Source of the DNA: Bacteroidota bacterium
Lineage (GTDB): Bacteria > Bacteroidota > Ignavibacteria > Kapaibacteriales > UBA961
Assembly: GCA_005788035.1 (NCBI GenBank)
Contig: SXZI01000029.1
Location: 1 to 61,975 of the forward strand
Direction: 5' to 3'
Length of the DNA stretch: 61,975 bases
Below the pieces are notes generated by a model. It made no database searches. It worked only from the letters and a program-made list of their open reading frames with translations, and was not told the origin of the DNA. Of this stretch, positions 49,185 to 58,618 are shown piece after piece. The position numbers and the translations under genes are program-made. Numbering within the stretch: position 1 is the stretch's first letter; every line of letters starts with the position of its first letter.

Positions 49185-49904
49185 ATGAACATATCACTTC
49201 TTGCCATATTGTTATGCCTCTTGATTGGATCAGGAAAGGCATTTTCTCAACAGAATAGTTATTCCATTTCGCCAAAAACAATCGACGTAAAATGGGATTA
49301 TACAGAAGATCTGGATATGAGAGCATTTATTTCCAGCAATTCAATATTGAATCAGGATATCGAATATACGGTCATTACACTAGATATCCCTGCCCAATGG
49401 CTGGAACATGTAATCACGCAATTTTGTGATATACAATCTTGCTATGATTTCCGTTGGTTTAAGTTGGGTGACAAAAAAGAAATGAAATTGCCAACAGGAT
49501 TGAAAAATGCAATCATGAAGGTGGATTTCTTATTGCCAATGGATTCAAGTATTACCATTCAACCAGGATCCGCGGAAATTGCACTTGGTTTTAATCTCAA
49601 AGGGGAACCAATGAACGACACACTGAGATTTATGGTTAATCGTTCAGCAACCGGGATTGCTAAAATTGAAGATAATTCCAAACCTATTGTGAAACCATTT
49701 GCAAATCAACATGTGAGTATAACTCATGCGGAAGGCATTGCAAAAGTGTTGATATATGATCTTCAAGGAAATCTCATTGAGCAACATGATTGTGGCAATT
49801 CTCAACTAGCCATATTGTCCTTGGAATATGTTTCTCGCGGTGCTTATGGAATTCGAGTGGTCACCCCAAATGGTAGAGAATACTCAACCATTCACATGCA
49901 ATGA
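49185..49904 (+). CDS. small secreted protein with T9SS C-terminal sorting domain, N-terminal domain unknown
   Basis: Signal MNISLLAILLCLLIGSGKAFSQ. C-terminus …KVLIYDLQGNLIEQHD…SRGAYGIRVVTPNGREYSTIHMQ is typical of type A CTDs. Confidence 0.7.
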   Translation: MNISLLAILLCLLIGSGKAFSQQNSYSISPKTIDVKWDYTEDLDMRAFISSNSILNQDIEYTVITLDIPAQWLEHVITQFCDIQSCYDFRWFKLGDKKEMKLPTGLKNAIMKVDFLLPMDSSITIQPGSAEIALGFNLKGEPMNDTLRFMVNRSATGIAKIEDNSKPIVKPFANQHVSITHAEGIAKVLIYDLQGNLIEQHDCGNSQLAILSLEYVSRGAYGIRVVTPNGREYSTIHMQ

Positions 49905-49928
49905 TTCGATGTAACAAGATGAATATTC

Positions 49929-49956
49929 AAACCCGTGCCTTGCTCGGGTTTTTTTT
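49929..49956 (+). terminator. intrinsic terminator after the 49185-49904 gene
   Basis: AAACCCGtGC-ctt-GCtCGGGTTT followed by a T-run to 49956. It overlaps the stop codon region of the convergent 49955 gene. Confidence 0.7.
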
Positions 49957-52555
49957 ATGAGAATGTACTGAAATAATAATAGAGATAGCTAAATAAGCTT
50001 ACTTTGCTAGAATAGTAAGTGAGGAATATCCCGCTAATAAGGATAAGGAATCCCGAGCCGGAAGCATATACATATATTGAGGGTACATCAAAAACGACTG
50101 ATGTGGATTTGAGCATCCGCCCATAATACCAAATAAATAGGGAGTACATCAAAAGGATAAGCCACATAGCAGATCCTGTGGCAGAAAGTACTTTGAACAA
50201 AGCTAGGGCAATAGGGAGTAGGAGTAAAAAGGGAAGTGCGGACCATACAGATATAGTGAAAGCATCAATGAAGTAAAGTCTGGTCCCGGTTATGAATGCG
50301 GCAAATAAAATGATTCCTGCAACCAATGCATGCATGCCAATTCCAATCAAACTGAAAAAGAAGAATCCCAATTCAGGAGTCCAAGTGATTTCATTGAGCA
50401 ATGAGCGCAACCATCCTGTTGGAAGCAAAATCATATACAAATATTCAGTGCCGAAGGAACTTCTAAATACAAACAACATAGTAGAAACGACTATAGCCAA
50501 AGTAGCTGAGCTTAGCAATCCTACAGATAATGTTTGGCTCAATGAAAGCAATCGTTGGTCACGAATGTCTGAATAGAAATTATACGGTCTTATCAATGCC
50601 CTGAGCATATACTCCCGCATACGTCTGTATTTTGAAATCAAGACGAAAAATGCAATCCCCAAGCTGAAGCTAAGCAGAATAAAAATCAATGGTGTATCAC
50701 TATTGGTGGTGCCCGAACGAAGTAAAGGTTCTTTTTCATCATTCAGCAATGCTTTCAACATTGTGTATGACAATCTGGGTTGCCTTGTTAAATCAGTTAA
50801 TCCGGTCGTGCTAATATGCTGATCTTCTGGATCAGTTATGGTGATTGCACGAGCGGTGATGAAATCATTGAAACTCCATACAATGATTCCTCCAATGCCG
50901 CATTGCTGAACAGTCCTATACCCATCACGGATATATTGTGCTTGTGATTCAACAGATAATGGATCTGAAAATCCATTAAGATTATTCGGTTGAACGGGTT
51001 TTCCCAAATGAATGATCAATGGCGTGCTTCCTGCAAGCCTTTTCATTCTGAGAATTTCTTTTTTCTGAATATCTCCAGTTTCCCAGCGAGTCGATGATCG
51101 GCCAATCAGAAAATCAGTGTATTGCAAGTCAACAGATTTTGTGCCGAAACGTACAGATTTATATAAGAGCTTTGTGCCTGCTAATCTAAAGAAAGACCCC
51201 ATTTTTTGAAAATATGCTTTGCTATGTTTGGAGCTTTCCTGAAGCCCATCAGAAAGTCCATATCCCAGTATGCTAGGTTGTCTATCATAGGCATTGGCCA
51301 TACGCATGGCTAGGTTGGAGATCCTAACCAGGAAATCATCTTCATCCAGTAAGCTGGAGGGATAATCGTAAACGGGCAAGTCGGAGAGAATGAAAATACC
51401 ATTAACATTACATTGGTGTACAAAATATGGATGAGGATTTCCCGAACGTATTCTGACTGCATTCACGCCAAGAGTCTTCAATGATAAAATATCTCTTTGG
51501 ATTTGCTGAGCAGTCATTGTTTGGCCCAATTGGTGTGCATGCTCATAATAATCGACAGCTTTAATAGTGAAGGGCTCATTGTTCAATGACAATGTAGGCG
51601 CACCATTTACAAGCATGCTCTTTGCTTTATATAATCCAACAGGAACCGTATAATCATCTATAACATTTCCATTATAGGAAATGCGAATGGTCAATGCATA
51701 AAGATTAGGAATCGAAGGAGACCACAATGCGGGATTGGTAATGCGCAGGTCAAGATTTGTGTTAACTGTTCTGTCACGTTCAATTGTGATTGTTTTTTCA
51801 GCACCACTCGCTACTACCTCACCAGTACCATATTTTTGTAATGTAGCATCAACTGAAAATGATAATTTCTTGAGTGATAACTCACCATACATGTCTTCGC
51901 CACCAAGGCGTTCAATCGCACTAGATCTGATGGTTAATTGTGAAGTCAATTGGCATGCAGTAAGCTGTTCATTGAAAAATGACTTTATCTGAACATCTTC
52001 GAGAGATACATGCTGTGCACCTATCAACATCATTTCGCGGACAATTCCTGAATATGATCTTTGGGCAAAAATGTGACGTGAAGCATGTGCAGGAGGAGGT
52101 GTTATCTGCATCTCTATGAGATTGATACCAGGTTGCAATTTTGATTCAGGTAAACGAATGGAAAATGGAGCCATGCCTGCAAAATAGCGTCCTACATATT
52201 TTCCATTGAGATATAATTCAATGTCTTCATTTGTTCCAAGAGAGAACAAAGACCATGTATGAGAATACAATAATTGCTTGTCTATTTTTATAGAGCGTCG
52301 AAAACGCACTTTACCCGGTCTGCTCTCTGACATTGGAAGCAGAATCTGTTCCCATGAAGAGCCATCATCGTCACTTCGTTCCCAACTACCGGATAAACTT
52401 TTTACGATGCGAGATTGAGAAGGCATGAAGATTCGTAATTGCTCATTTGTGAAGCGTGTATACGATTCTTGTGCATGAATCAATAGAGAATTGAAACATG
52501 ATAGTGAAAAAAGAATACATGAGCAGATGAACAGCCGAATCAACAAAACATTCAT
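49955..52555 (-). CDS. GH2-like (sugar-binding, Ig-like and TIM-barrel-like domains) secreted domain fused to a C-terminal polytopic membrane domain
   Basis: Signal MNVLLIRLFICSCILFSLSCF. GH2 N-domain-like …IELYLNGKYVGRYFAGMAPFSIRLPESKLQPGINLIEMQI…SGIVREMMLIG. Barrel-like …LKTLGVNAVRIRSGNPHPYFVHQCNVNGIFILSDLP…GGIIVWSFNDF. The last roughly 250 aa contain about 6-7 hydrophobic helices. Confidence 0.7.
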   Translation of the reverse strand: MNVLLIRLFICSCILFSLSCFNSLLIHAQESYTRFTNEQLRIFMPSQSRIVKSLSGSWERSDDDGSSWEQILLPMSESRPGKVRFRRSIKIDKQLLYSHTWSLFSLGTNEDIELYLNGKYVGRYFAGMAPFSIRLPESKLQPGINLIEMQITPPPAHASRHIFAQRSYSGIVREMMLIGAQHVSLEDVQIKSFFNEQLTACQLTSQLTIRSSAIERLGGEDMYGELSLKKLSFSVDATLQKYGTGEVVASGAEKTITIERDRTVNTNLDLRITNPALWSPSIPNLYALTIRISYNGNVIDDYTVPVGLYKAKSMLVNGAPTLSLNNEPFTIKAVDYYEHAHQLGQTMTAQQIQRDILSLKTLGVNAVRIRSGNPHPYFVHQCNVNGIFILSDLPVYDYPSSLLDEDDFLVRISNLAMRMANAYDRQPSILGYGLSDGLQESSKHSKAYFQKMGSFFRLAGTKLLYKSVRFGTKSVDLQYTDFLIGRSSTRWETGDIQKKEILRMKRLAGSTPLIIHLGKPVQPNNLNGFSDPLSVESQAQYIRDGYRTVQQCGIGGIIVWSFNDFITARAITITDPEDQHISTTGLTDLTRQPRLSYTMLKALLNDEKEPLLRSGTTNSDTPLIFILLSFSLGIAFFVLISKYRRMREYMLRALIRPYNFYSDIRDQRLLSLSQTLSVGLLSSATLAIVVSTMLFVFRSSFGTEYLYMILLPTGWLRSLLNEITWTPELGFFFFSLIGIGMHALVAGIILFAAFITGTRLYFIDAFTISVWSALPFLLLLPIALALFKVLSATGSAMWLILLMYSLFIWYYGRMLKSTSVVFDVPSIYVYASGSGFLILISGIFLTYYSSKVSLFSYLYYYFSTFS

Positions 52556-52601
52556 TTCGAGTCGTAAATTATTGCATTTTCAAAGGTTATGAGCAGGCAA
52601 A

Positions 52602-53831
52602 TTACAATCTTTTTGCCGTTTTTCCGCAATCGCAGTCAAGGCATTCCTTGGAAGATAAATTCCCTGAATCATTGAAAAAATCGCGAATTGTCTGAGCAAC
52701 ATGTACAATTTGCTCATGTGTCAATTCGGGAAATATGGGAAGTGCCAATACATCTCTTGATGCACAATCTGAAACCGGGAAAGGGGTTGATGAAGCAGGA
52801 AGCCCTTTAAAGCAAGGCTGTTCATGAAATGGAATGGGATAATACACTTCAGTCCCAATGCCACGTTCAGAAAGATAAGCCCTAAGAGTATTTCTATATT
52901 GAACCCTGATCACAAATTGATTGAAAATATGATGATTGGGGGATTTTTCTGTCTTGTTTGGCATGCCTGGAAGCAAAACTGCATTTTTTTCATCAAATGA
53001 AGTTAGACCAGGACCTTCAGATAATCCAAATTCTTGAAACAATTTAATATATGTTTCAGCATTTTTTCTTCTTGCCTGATGCCAAGATTCTAGAAGTGGA
53101 AACTTTATGTTCAATACGGCTGCTTGCAATGCATCTATCCGGAAATTGCCACCGACGAATCCATGTTTATAGCGTTCGATTTGACCGTGATTTCTCATTT
53201 GTTGCAAATGAGTGAATAAATCCGAATCATTTGTCGTTATCAATCCTGCATCGCCGAATGCCCCTAGATTTTTTGTAGGATAAAATGAAAAACAACCCAT
53301 CAAGCCTATTGAACCCACTGGTCTGCCATCGGGTAGTTGCGTTCCGATTGCTTGCGCACAATCCTCAATTACAGGAATAGCATGTGCATTGGCAATCGCC
53401 ATTATTGCATCCATATCAGCAGCTTGTCCATATAGATGAACAGGAATGATTGCTTTTGTTTGCTTGGTGATTGCCGCCTCCATGAGCCGGGGATCTATCA
53501 TGAATGTTACAGGATCGATGTCAACAAATATTGGTGTGGCATGTAGTCTCGATACAACTCCAGCAGTAGCAAAGAATGAAAATGTAGGTAGAATCACTTC
53601 ATCGCCTGGACCAATATGAAGAGCCATCAATGCCATTAGCAAGGCATCCGTGCCACTCGATACTCCCAATGCATGTTGTGTATTGCAATATCGCGCAGAT
53701 GTCTCCTCCAAGAGTTCAACTTCTTTTCCGAGTATCAAAGATTGAGACTCCATCAAACCAAGAATCTTAGGTTCAATTTGATCCTTGATGGTGGCATATT
53801 GAAGTTTGAGGTCAAGCAGTGGAACATTCAT
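52602..53831 (-). CDS. DegT/DnrJ/EryC1/StrS-family sugar aminotransferase
   Basis: …HALGVSSGTDALLMAL… and …SFYPTKNLGAFGDAG… (PLP-Lys). Has an unusual Cys-rich tail, SKECLDCDCGKTAKRL. Confidence 0.85.
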   Translation of the reverse strand: MNVPLLDLKLQYATIKDQIEPKILGLMESQSLILGKEVELLEETSARYCNTQHALGVSSGTDALLMALMALHIGPGDEVILPTFSFFATAGVVSRLHATPIFVDIDPVTFMIDPRLMEAAITKQTKAIIPVHLYGQAADMDAIMAIANAHAIPVIEDCAQAIGTQLPDGRPVGSIGLMGCFSFYPTKNLGAFGDAGLITTNDSDLFTHLQQMRNHGQIERYKHGFVGGNFRIDALQAAVLNIKFPLLESWHQARRKNAETYIKLFQEFGLSEGPGLTSFDEKNAVLLPGMPNKTEKSPNHHIFNQFVIRVQYRNTLRAYLSERGIGTEVYYPIPFHEQPCFKGLPASSTPFPVSDCASRDVLALPIFPELTHEQIVHVAQTIRDFFNDSGNLSSKECLDCDCGKTAKRL

Positions 53832-53904
53832 GAAAATGACTTTGAAGGTGTAAAAACAATCGTAACAATTCCAATTTACAAATTATCGGACTCTTTAAAT
53901 GAAA

Positions 53905-53925
53905 GAAGCCCCATATTGGGGCTTC
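53905..53925 (-). terminator. intrinsic terminator after glnN
   Basis: GAAGCCCC-atatt-GGGGCTTC, 5 nt beyond the glnN stop. The minus-strand continuation TTTCATTT is U-rich. Confidence 0.6.
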
Positions 53926-53930
53926 AGATG

Positions 53931-56108
53931 TTACTTTACGAAGAGCATTTCGCGATAATTTGGCATAACACGTAAGGCATCCGGCAATAATCGTTCAATA
54001 CGATCTGAGCATGACCGAACCACATTCATTGCAGGAATCACTTTTGCATGAACATGATGCGCTTTTTCATGAATTGTGTCTCCACCCAATTCTTCATTTG
54101 CACTTTGTAAAACACCTAATGCTGCATGAAGTTCATCAGCAAGGGTAGTCAATTCTTGTATGCCATGTAAAACAGCATTGCTATGTACATTTAATTGTTT
54201 CATAGATAATGCCAATTCAGACTGCTCTTTAAGCACTGACATTGCAGCAGGTAATATCATTGTTGATGCAATCCACTCGGTAGTTTCACCTTCGATATTG
54301 ATTGTCTTGAAATAATGATCGAACATTACCTCTGCTCTTGCTTCTAATTCTCTGCGTGACAATACATTGTGTTCTTCAAATAGAGATACATGCTTCGCTG
54401 AATCAAGATGTGGCAATGCGCTCATGGTATCAGGCAGATTCAATAATCCTCTTTTATCTGCTTCGTTTTTCCAATCATCTGAATATCCATCACCATTAAA
54501 CATTATTCTTTTATGCTTGGAAATTGTTTCTGATAAAAGCACCTTTAATGCTTGATGGAATTCCATTCCTGCAGTCTTTTTTTGTTTTAATGAATCGGTC
54601 ATCTCCACAATTGCATCCGAAATGATTGTATTCAACACTGTGATTGGGAATGATGAAGATTGCGAAGAACCCACCGCTCTAAACTCAAACTTATTCCCCG
54701 TGAATGCAAATGGTGAAGTGCGATTGCGATCACCTGCATGTCGGGCAAGATGGGGAAGTACCGGCGAACCTAAACCTAATAGGCCTGCCTCGGGAGTGGT
54801 ATTTGCTTTGCCGGTTTCAATTTGATCCAATATTGAGCTCAGTTGATCTCCAAGAAATATAGAAATAATGGCCGGTGGAGCTTCATTTGCGCCCAATCGA
54901 TGATCATTCGCAGCGGAGGAAACACAAATTCTGAGTAAAGCTTGATAGGTGTCTACCGCCTTCATAACAGCAGTGCAGAAAAAGAGAAAAGTCATATTTT
55001 CTTCAGGTGTGTCTCCCGGTTCTAGAAGATTCAAACCTGTATCAGTGCTCATTGACCAATTTGTGTGTTTACCGCTTCCGTTTACGCCAGCAAATGGTTT
55101 CTCATGCATCATGCATACCAAACCATATTTTCTTGCAGTGTTTTTCATGACTTGCATGAGCAATTGCTGATGATCTGCTGCAATATTGGAATGTTCATAT
55201 AATGGTGCTATTTCATATTGTCCTGGAGCAACTTCATTGTGTCTAGTTTTCACGGGAACGCCGAGCCTGTATAATTGATACTCAGCATCAGCCATAAAAC
55301 TTAATACTCGCTCCGGAATTGAACCGAAATAATGATCTTCCAATTCTTGTCCACGAGGTGGTTTCGCTCCAAAGAGCGTTCTTCCGCATAACATCAAATC
55401 AGGTCTGCGATAAAAGAACTCTTCATCAACTAAAAAATATTCTTGTTCCAATCCTACAGTTGAATACACCTTCTGTGCTTTCACTTCAAAAAGTTGCAAA
55501 GCCTGCATTGCAGCTTTATTCAATGCCTCTATTGATCGAAGTAATGGTGTTTTTTCATCGAGTGCTTCTCCTGTCCATGAAGCGAATGCGGTCGGAATGC
55601 ATAGTGTTGCTCCATTTGAATGTCGCATGATAAATGCAGGCGAAGTAGGATCCCATGCAGTATATCCACGTGCCTCGAATGTTGCGCGTAATCCTCCACT
55701 AGGAAATGAAGAGGCATCCGGTTCACCTTGAATGAGTTCTTTCCCTGAGAATTCTGTTATTGCCCCACCTGCAGAATTTGGTGAAACAAAACTCTCATGC
55801 TTTTCTGCCGTGCTACCAGTCAATGGTTGAAACCAATGCGTATAATGTGTTGCACCTTTTTCTAATGCCCATTCTTTCATTGCCAAAGCTACAATATCAG
55901 CAATGGCTGGATCAAGTGGTTCGGCTCTATCAACTGTTGCTTGTAGCGATTTAAATACCGGCTTTGACAATTTGCTGCGAAAGATGTCCATTGAAAGAAC
56001 ATCTTCTGCAAATACATTCGTGATATCGGTTGGAATTGATTCAGCTGATCCGTGGATTTTCCAATTGTTTACCGCGGCAAGTACATCGTAATTGGCTGAG
56101 AGCTGCAT
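53931..56108 (-). CDS. glnN: glutamine synthetase type III
   Basis: 725 aa from ATG at 56108. …[23 protein letters not shown]… and …[15 protein letters not shown]… and …[18 protein letters not shown]… The track's longer start (56315) would overlap the upstream Lrp gene. Confidence 0.9.
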   Translation of the reverse strand: MQLSANYDVLAAVNNWKIHGSAESIPTDITNVFAEDVLSMDIFRSKLSKPVFKSLQATVDRAEPLDPAIADIVALAMKEWALEKGATHYTHWFQPLTGSTAEKHESFVSPNSAGGAITEFSGKELIQGEPDASSFPSGGLRATFEARGYTAWDPTSPAFIMRHSNGATLCIPTAFASWTGEALDEKTPLLRSIEALNKAAMQALQLFEVKAQKVYSTVGLEQEYFLVDEEFFYRRPDLMLCGRTLFGAKPPRGQELEDHYFGSIPERVLSFMADAEYQLYRLGVPVKTRHNEVAPGQYEIAPLYEHSNIAADHQQLLMQVMKNTARKYGLVCMMHEKPFAGVNGSGKHTNWSMSTDTGLNLLEPGDTPEENMTFLFFCTAVMKAVDTYQALLRICVSSAANDHRLGANEAPPAIISIFLGDQLSSILDQIETGKANTTPEAGLLGLGSPVLPHLARHAGDRNRTSPFAFTGNKFEFRAVGSSQSSSFPITVLNTIISDAIVEMTDSLKQKKTAGMEFHQALKVLLSETISKHKRIMFNGDGYSDDWKNEADKRGLLNLPDTMSALPHLDSAKHVSLFEEHNVLSRRELEARAEVMFDHYFKTINIEGETTEWIASTMILPAAMSVLKEQSELALSMKQLNVHSNAVLHGIQELTTLADELHAALGVLQSANEELGGDTIHEKAHHVHAKVIPAMNVVRSCSDRIERLLPDALRVMPNYREMLFVK

Positions 56109-56143
56109 GATAATCCTAAAGAAAAGTTGATGAGTTATATGTT

Positions 56144-56599
56144 TTATTGTAAAGGCAAAGTGAGTGATTCGATATGTGTAGAAAGGACTAAATTTGTGAT
56201 AGTTCTTTTCACGCCGGGAATTTGTTGCAATTTTGACAACAATTGCTCTAATGAAGCTGTGTTCGTTGTTCGAATCTTGAGCAAATGAGAGGCATTTCCC
56301 GTAATCGCATGACATTCAAGTAATTCGGGTAATGTTTTGCAAACGGAAATAAAACGCTCATAATAGACGCTTGATTCTATGTCGACAAATACATAAGCAG
56401 TCAAGTCAAAATGAAATGCGTCCGATTGCAGAAGTGCATGATACCCTTTAATGATGCCTTGCTCTTCAAGTTTTCTCACATGCTCACTCACTGCGGCAAC
56501 CGATAAACCAACTTGTTCGGCAATATGGCTCAATTGCATTCTAGCATTGGCTTGAAGCAATGAACAAATATTCCGGTCAATTTCTTTAATTTCTGACAT
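56144..56599 (-). CDS. Lrp/AsnC-family transcriptional regulator
   Basis: 151 aa with HTH …[28 protein letters not shown]… followed by a RAM/ACT-like C-terminal domain. Confidence 0.9.
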   Translation of the reverse strand: MSEIKEIDRNICSLLQANARMQLSHIAEQVGLSVAAVSEHVRKLEEQGIIKGYHALLQSDAFHFDLTAYVFVDIESSVYYERFISVCKTLPELLECHAITGNASHLLKIRTTNTASLEQLLSKLQQIPGVKRTITNLVLSTHIESLTLPLQ

Positions 56600-56628
56600 A
56601 AATCGTAAAAAACGTGAAGAGAATTAGT

Positions 56629-56636
56629 CAAAACTA
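56629..56636 (-). promoter_or_regulatory. -7 box TAGTTTTG upstream of the Lrp-family gene (lrp-glnN unit)
   Basis: Perfect TAnnTTTG, 29 nt upstream of ATG 56599. Confidence 0.4.
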
Positions 56637-56653
56637 AAATATTTTCTGAAAAC

Positions 56654-57358
56654 ATGAAAAAAAACAAAAATTTTTCAATATTTCGAATTCTTGTATTCTT
56701 TGGCAAGATGGTACTTACCGCCATAGTCTTTTCAGTACTATTGGTTGCGGTATATACTGTTATTCATCCTCCAATTACCCCTCTTATGTTAATCAGACCA
56801 ATTGAGGCTATTTTCTCGGGGGAATTTGTTGGGATTGACAGAGACTGGAAGAATTATGAAGATATTTCGCCTCATGTGTTTCGGGCGGTAATTAGCTCTG
56901 AAGATGGAAAATTCATGAAGCATAATGGATTTGATTGGAAAGCCATAGACCGCGCAAGAAGAGTCAATGCTATGAGAAAAGGGAAGAAGTTGATAGGTGC
57001 AAGTACCATTTCGATGCAAACCGCAAAAAATGTTTTTTTATGGCCGGGAAGAAATTATGTGCGAAAAGCTCTTGAGGCATATTTTACGGTTCTGATAGAA
57101 GCCGTGTGGGGCAAGAAAAGGATATTGGAGATTTATGTGAATTCGATTGAATGGGGAGATGGGATTTACGGAATTGAGGCAGCTTCACAGGAGTTTTTCA
57201 AAAAGCCGGCATCAGATCTCACAAAACAAGAAGCCGCCCTGCTTGCTTCGGTTTTGCCAAATCCTCGAAAGTGGTCACCGGCAAAACCTTCTCCATATAT
57301 CAAAAAACGAGCTCGTTCCATTCAGGGCAGAATGAATGGAGTATCGATACCGAAATAA
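56654..57358 (+). CDS. mtgA: monofunctional peptidoglycan glycosyltransferase
   Basis: N-terminal TM anchor. …VISSEDGKFMKHNGFDW… (catalytic Glu motif) and …GASTISMQTAKN…. Confidence 0.9.
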   Translation: MKKNKNFSIFRILVFFGKMVLTAIVFSVLLVAVYTVIHPPITPLMLIRPIEAIFSGEFVGIDRDWKNYEDISPHVFRAVISSEDGKFMKHNGFDWKAIDRARRVNAMRKGKKLIGASTISMQTAKNVFLWPGRNYVRKALEAYFTVLIEAVWGKKRILEIYVNSIEWGDGIYGIEAASQEFFKKPASDLTKQEAALLASVLPNPRKWSPAKPSPYIKKRARSIQGRMNGVSIPK

Positions 57359-57360
57359 AA

Positions 57361-57391
57361 AAACGGGATCATTCTTGTGAATGTCCCGTTT
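57361..57391. terminator. bidirectional terminator between mtgA and recA
   Basis: AAACGGGA(t)CATTC-ttgt-GAATGTCCCGTTT. It is flanked by an A-run (57353-57363) that gives a strong U-tract for recA, and by TTTG for mtgA. Confidence 0.75.
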
Positions 57392-57407
57392 GTAGAATAG
57401 TTCGAAT

Positions 57408-58445
57408 TTATGATAATTTCAGAGCTTTCTTTACTTCCGATTCAATTTCATTGTACATCGCTTCATTGCCTTCAAGAAGTTTACGGAATCCATCTCTACC
57501 TTGAACGCGCTCTTCTTTGTATGTGAGCCATGAGCCGCTCTTTGCTACGATGCCATGTTCAATTGCAACATCGAGCAAATCACCAACTTTTGATATGCCC
57601 TCATTATAGAGAATATCAAATTCGGTTTCACGAAATGGTGCAGCTACTTTATTCTTGACAACTTTTGCTCTCACGCGATTACCGATGATTTCCTGACCAT
57701 CTTTGATTACATCTTTTCTTCTGATATCAATTCGGACAGATGCATAATATTTCAAAGCATTTCCACCTGTAGTAACTTCGGGATTGCCATAGATCACCCC
57801 GATTTTGCTTCGCAGTTGATTCGTGAAAATGACGCATGTATTTGAGCGACCAATTGCAGCATTGAGCTTACGCATGGCTTGTGACATCAAGCGAGCTTGA
57901 GAACCCATTTGTGCTTCGCCCATATCGCCTTCAATTTCAACGCGAGGTGTGAGAGCAGCAACGGAGTCTACGACGATCACATCTATTGCATTGCTTCTAA
58001 CAAGAGTTTCGACTATTTCCAATGCTTGTTCACCAAATTCAGGTTGTGATATCAATAAATTTCCAAGGTCCACACCTAGCTTCTGAGCATATTGGGTGTC
58101 AAGTGCGTGTTCAGCATCAACAAAAGCGGCAATGCCCCCATTTTTTTGTGCATTGGCAATCACATGCAAACAAATAGTTGTTTTCCCGGAAGATTCGGGT
58201 CCGAATATTTCAACAATTCTTCCTTTGGGAACACCCCCGATACCAAGGCATGCATCGAATGAAATGGAACCTGTTGATATAGCATCGATGGTGATAGGTT
58301 GTGCATCAGCAAGGCGCATGATGGAACCCTTGCCGAATTGCTTTTCAATTTGATCAATCGCGCTTTCTGCGAGTTTCAATTTTGATGCATCAATCTTGCT
58401 TGCAGGTTGCTTCTCTGTTTGTTTTTCTGCTTTGGATTCTGCCAT
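57408..58445 (-). CDS. recA: recombinase RecA
   Basis: …[16 protein letters not shown]… and …VVDSVAAL… and …[11 protein letters not shown]…. Confidence 0.97.
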   Translation of the reverse strand: MAESKAEKQTEKQPASKIDASKLKLAESAIDQIEKQFGKGSIMRLADAQPITIDAISTGSISFDACLGIGGVPKGRIVEIFGPESSGKTTICLHVIANAQKNGGIAAFVDAEHALDTQYAQKLGVDLGNLLISQPEFGEQALEIVETLVRSNAIDVIVVDSVAALTPRVEIEGDMGEAQMGSQARLMSQAMRKLNAAIGRSNTCVIFTNQLRSKIGVIYGNPEVTTGGNALKYYASVRIDIRRKDVIKDGQEIIGNRVRAKVVKNKVAAPFRETEFDILYNEGISKVGDLLDVAIEHGIVAKSGSWLTYKEERVQGRDGFRKLLEGNEAMYNEIESEVKKALKLS

Positions 58446-58618
58446 GAGATTCTATCCTTGTAAATTATTCATTGTTAGAGTTGGAGCATATCATGTGCAT
58501 GAAATCATATTACGTGCATCACAATAAAACCATAGCACGAAATTAGCACTTTGCATAAGCAACAACAACTTACCTTGAATAGTTAGGGGTTGTTTCAGTG
58601 AATTGTGGAAAACTTTCC

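Noticed and set aside
56109-56315. The N-terminal 69-codon extension of glnN given by the ORF track
   Set aside because: The extension overlaps the Lrp-family gene (56144-56599) out of frame and has no similarity to GSIII N-termini. Homology starts at ATG 56108.
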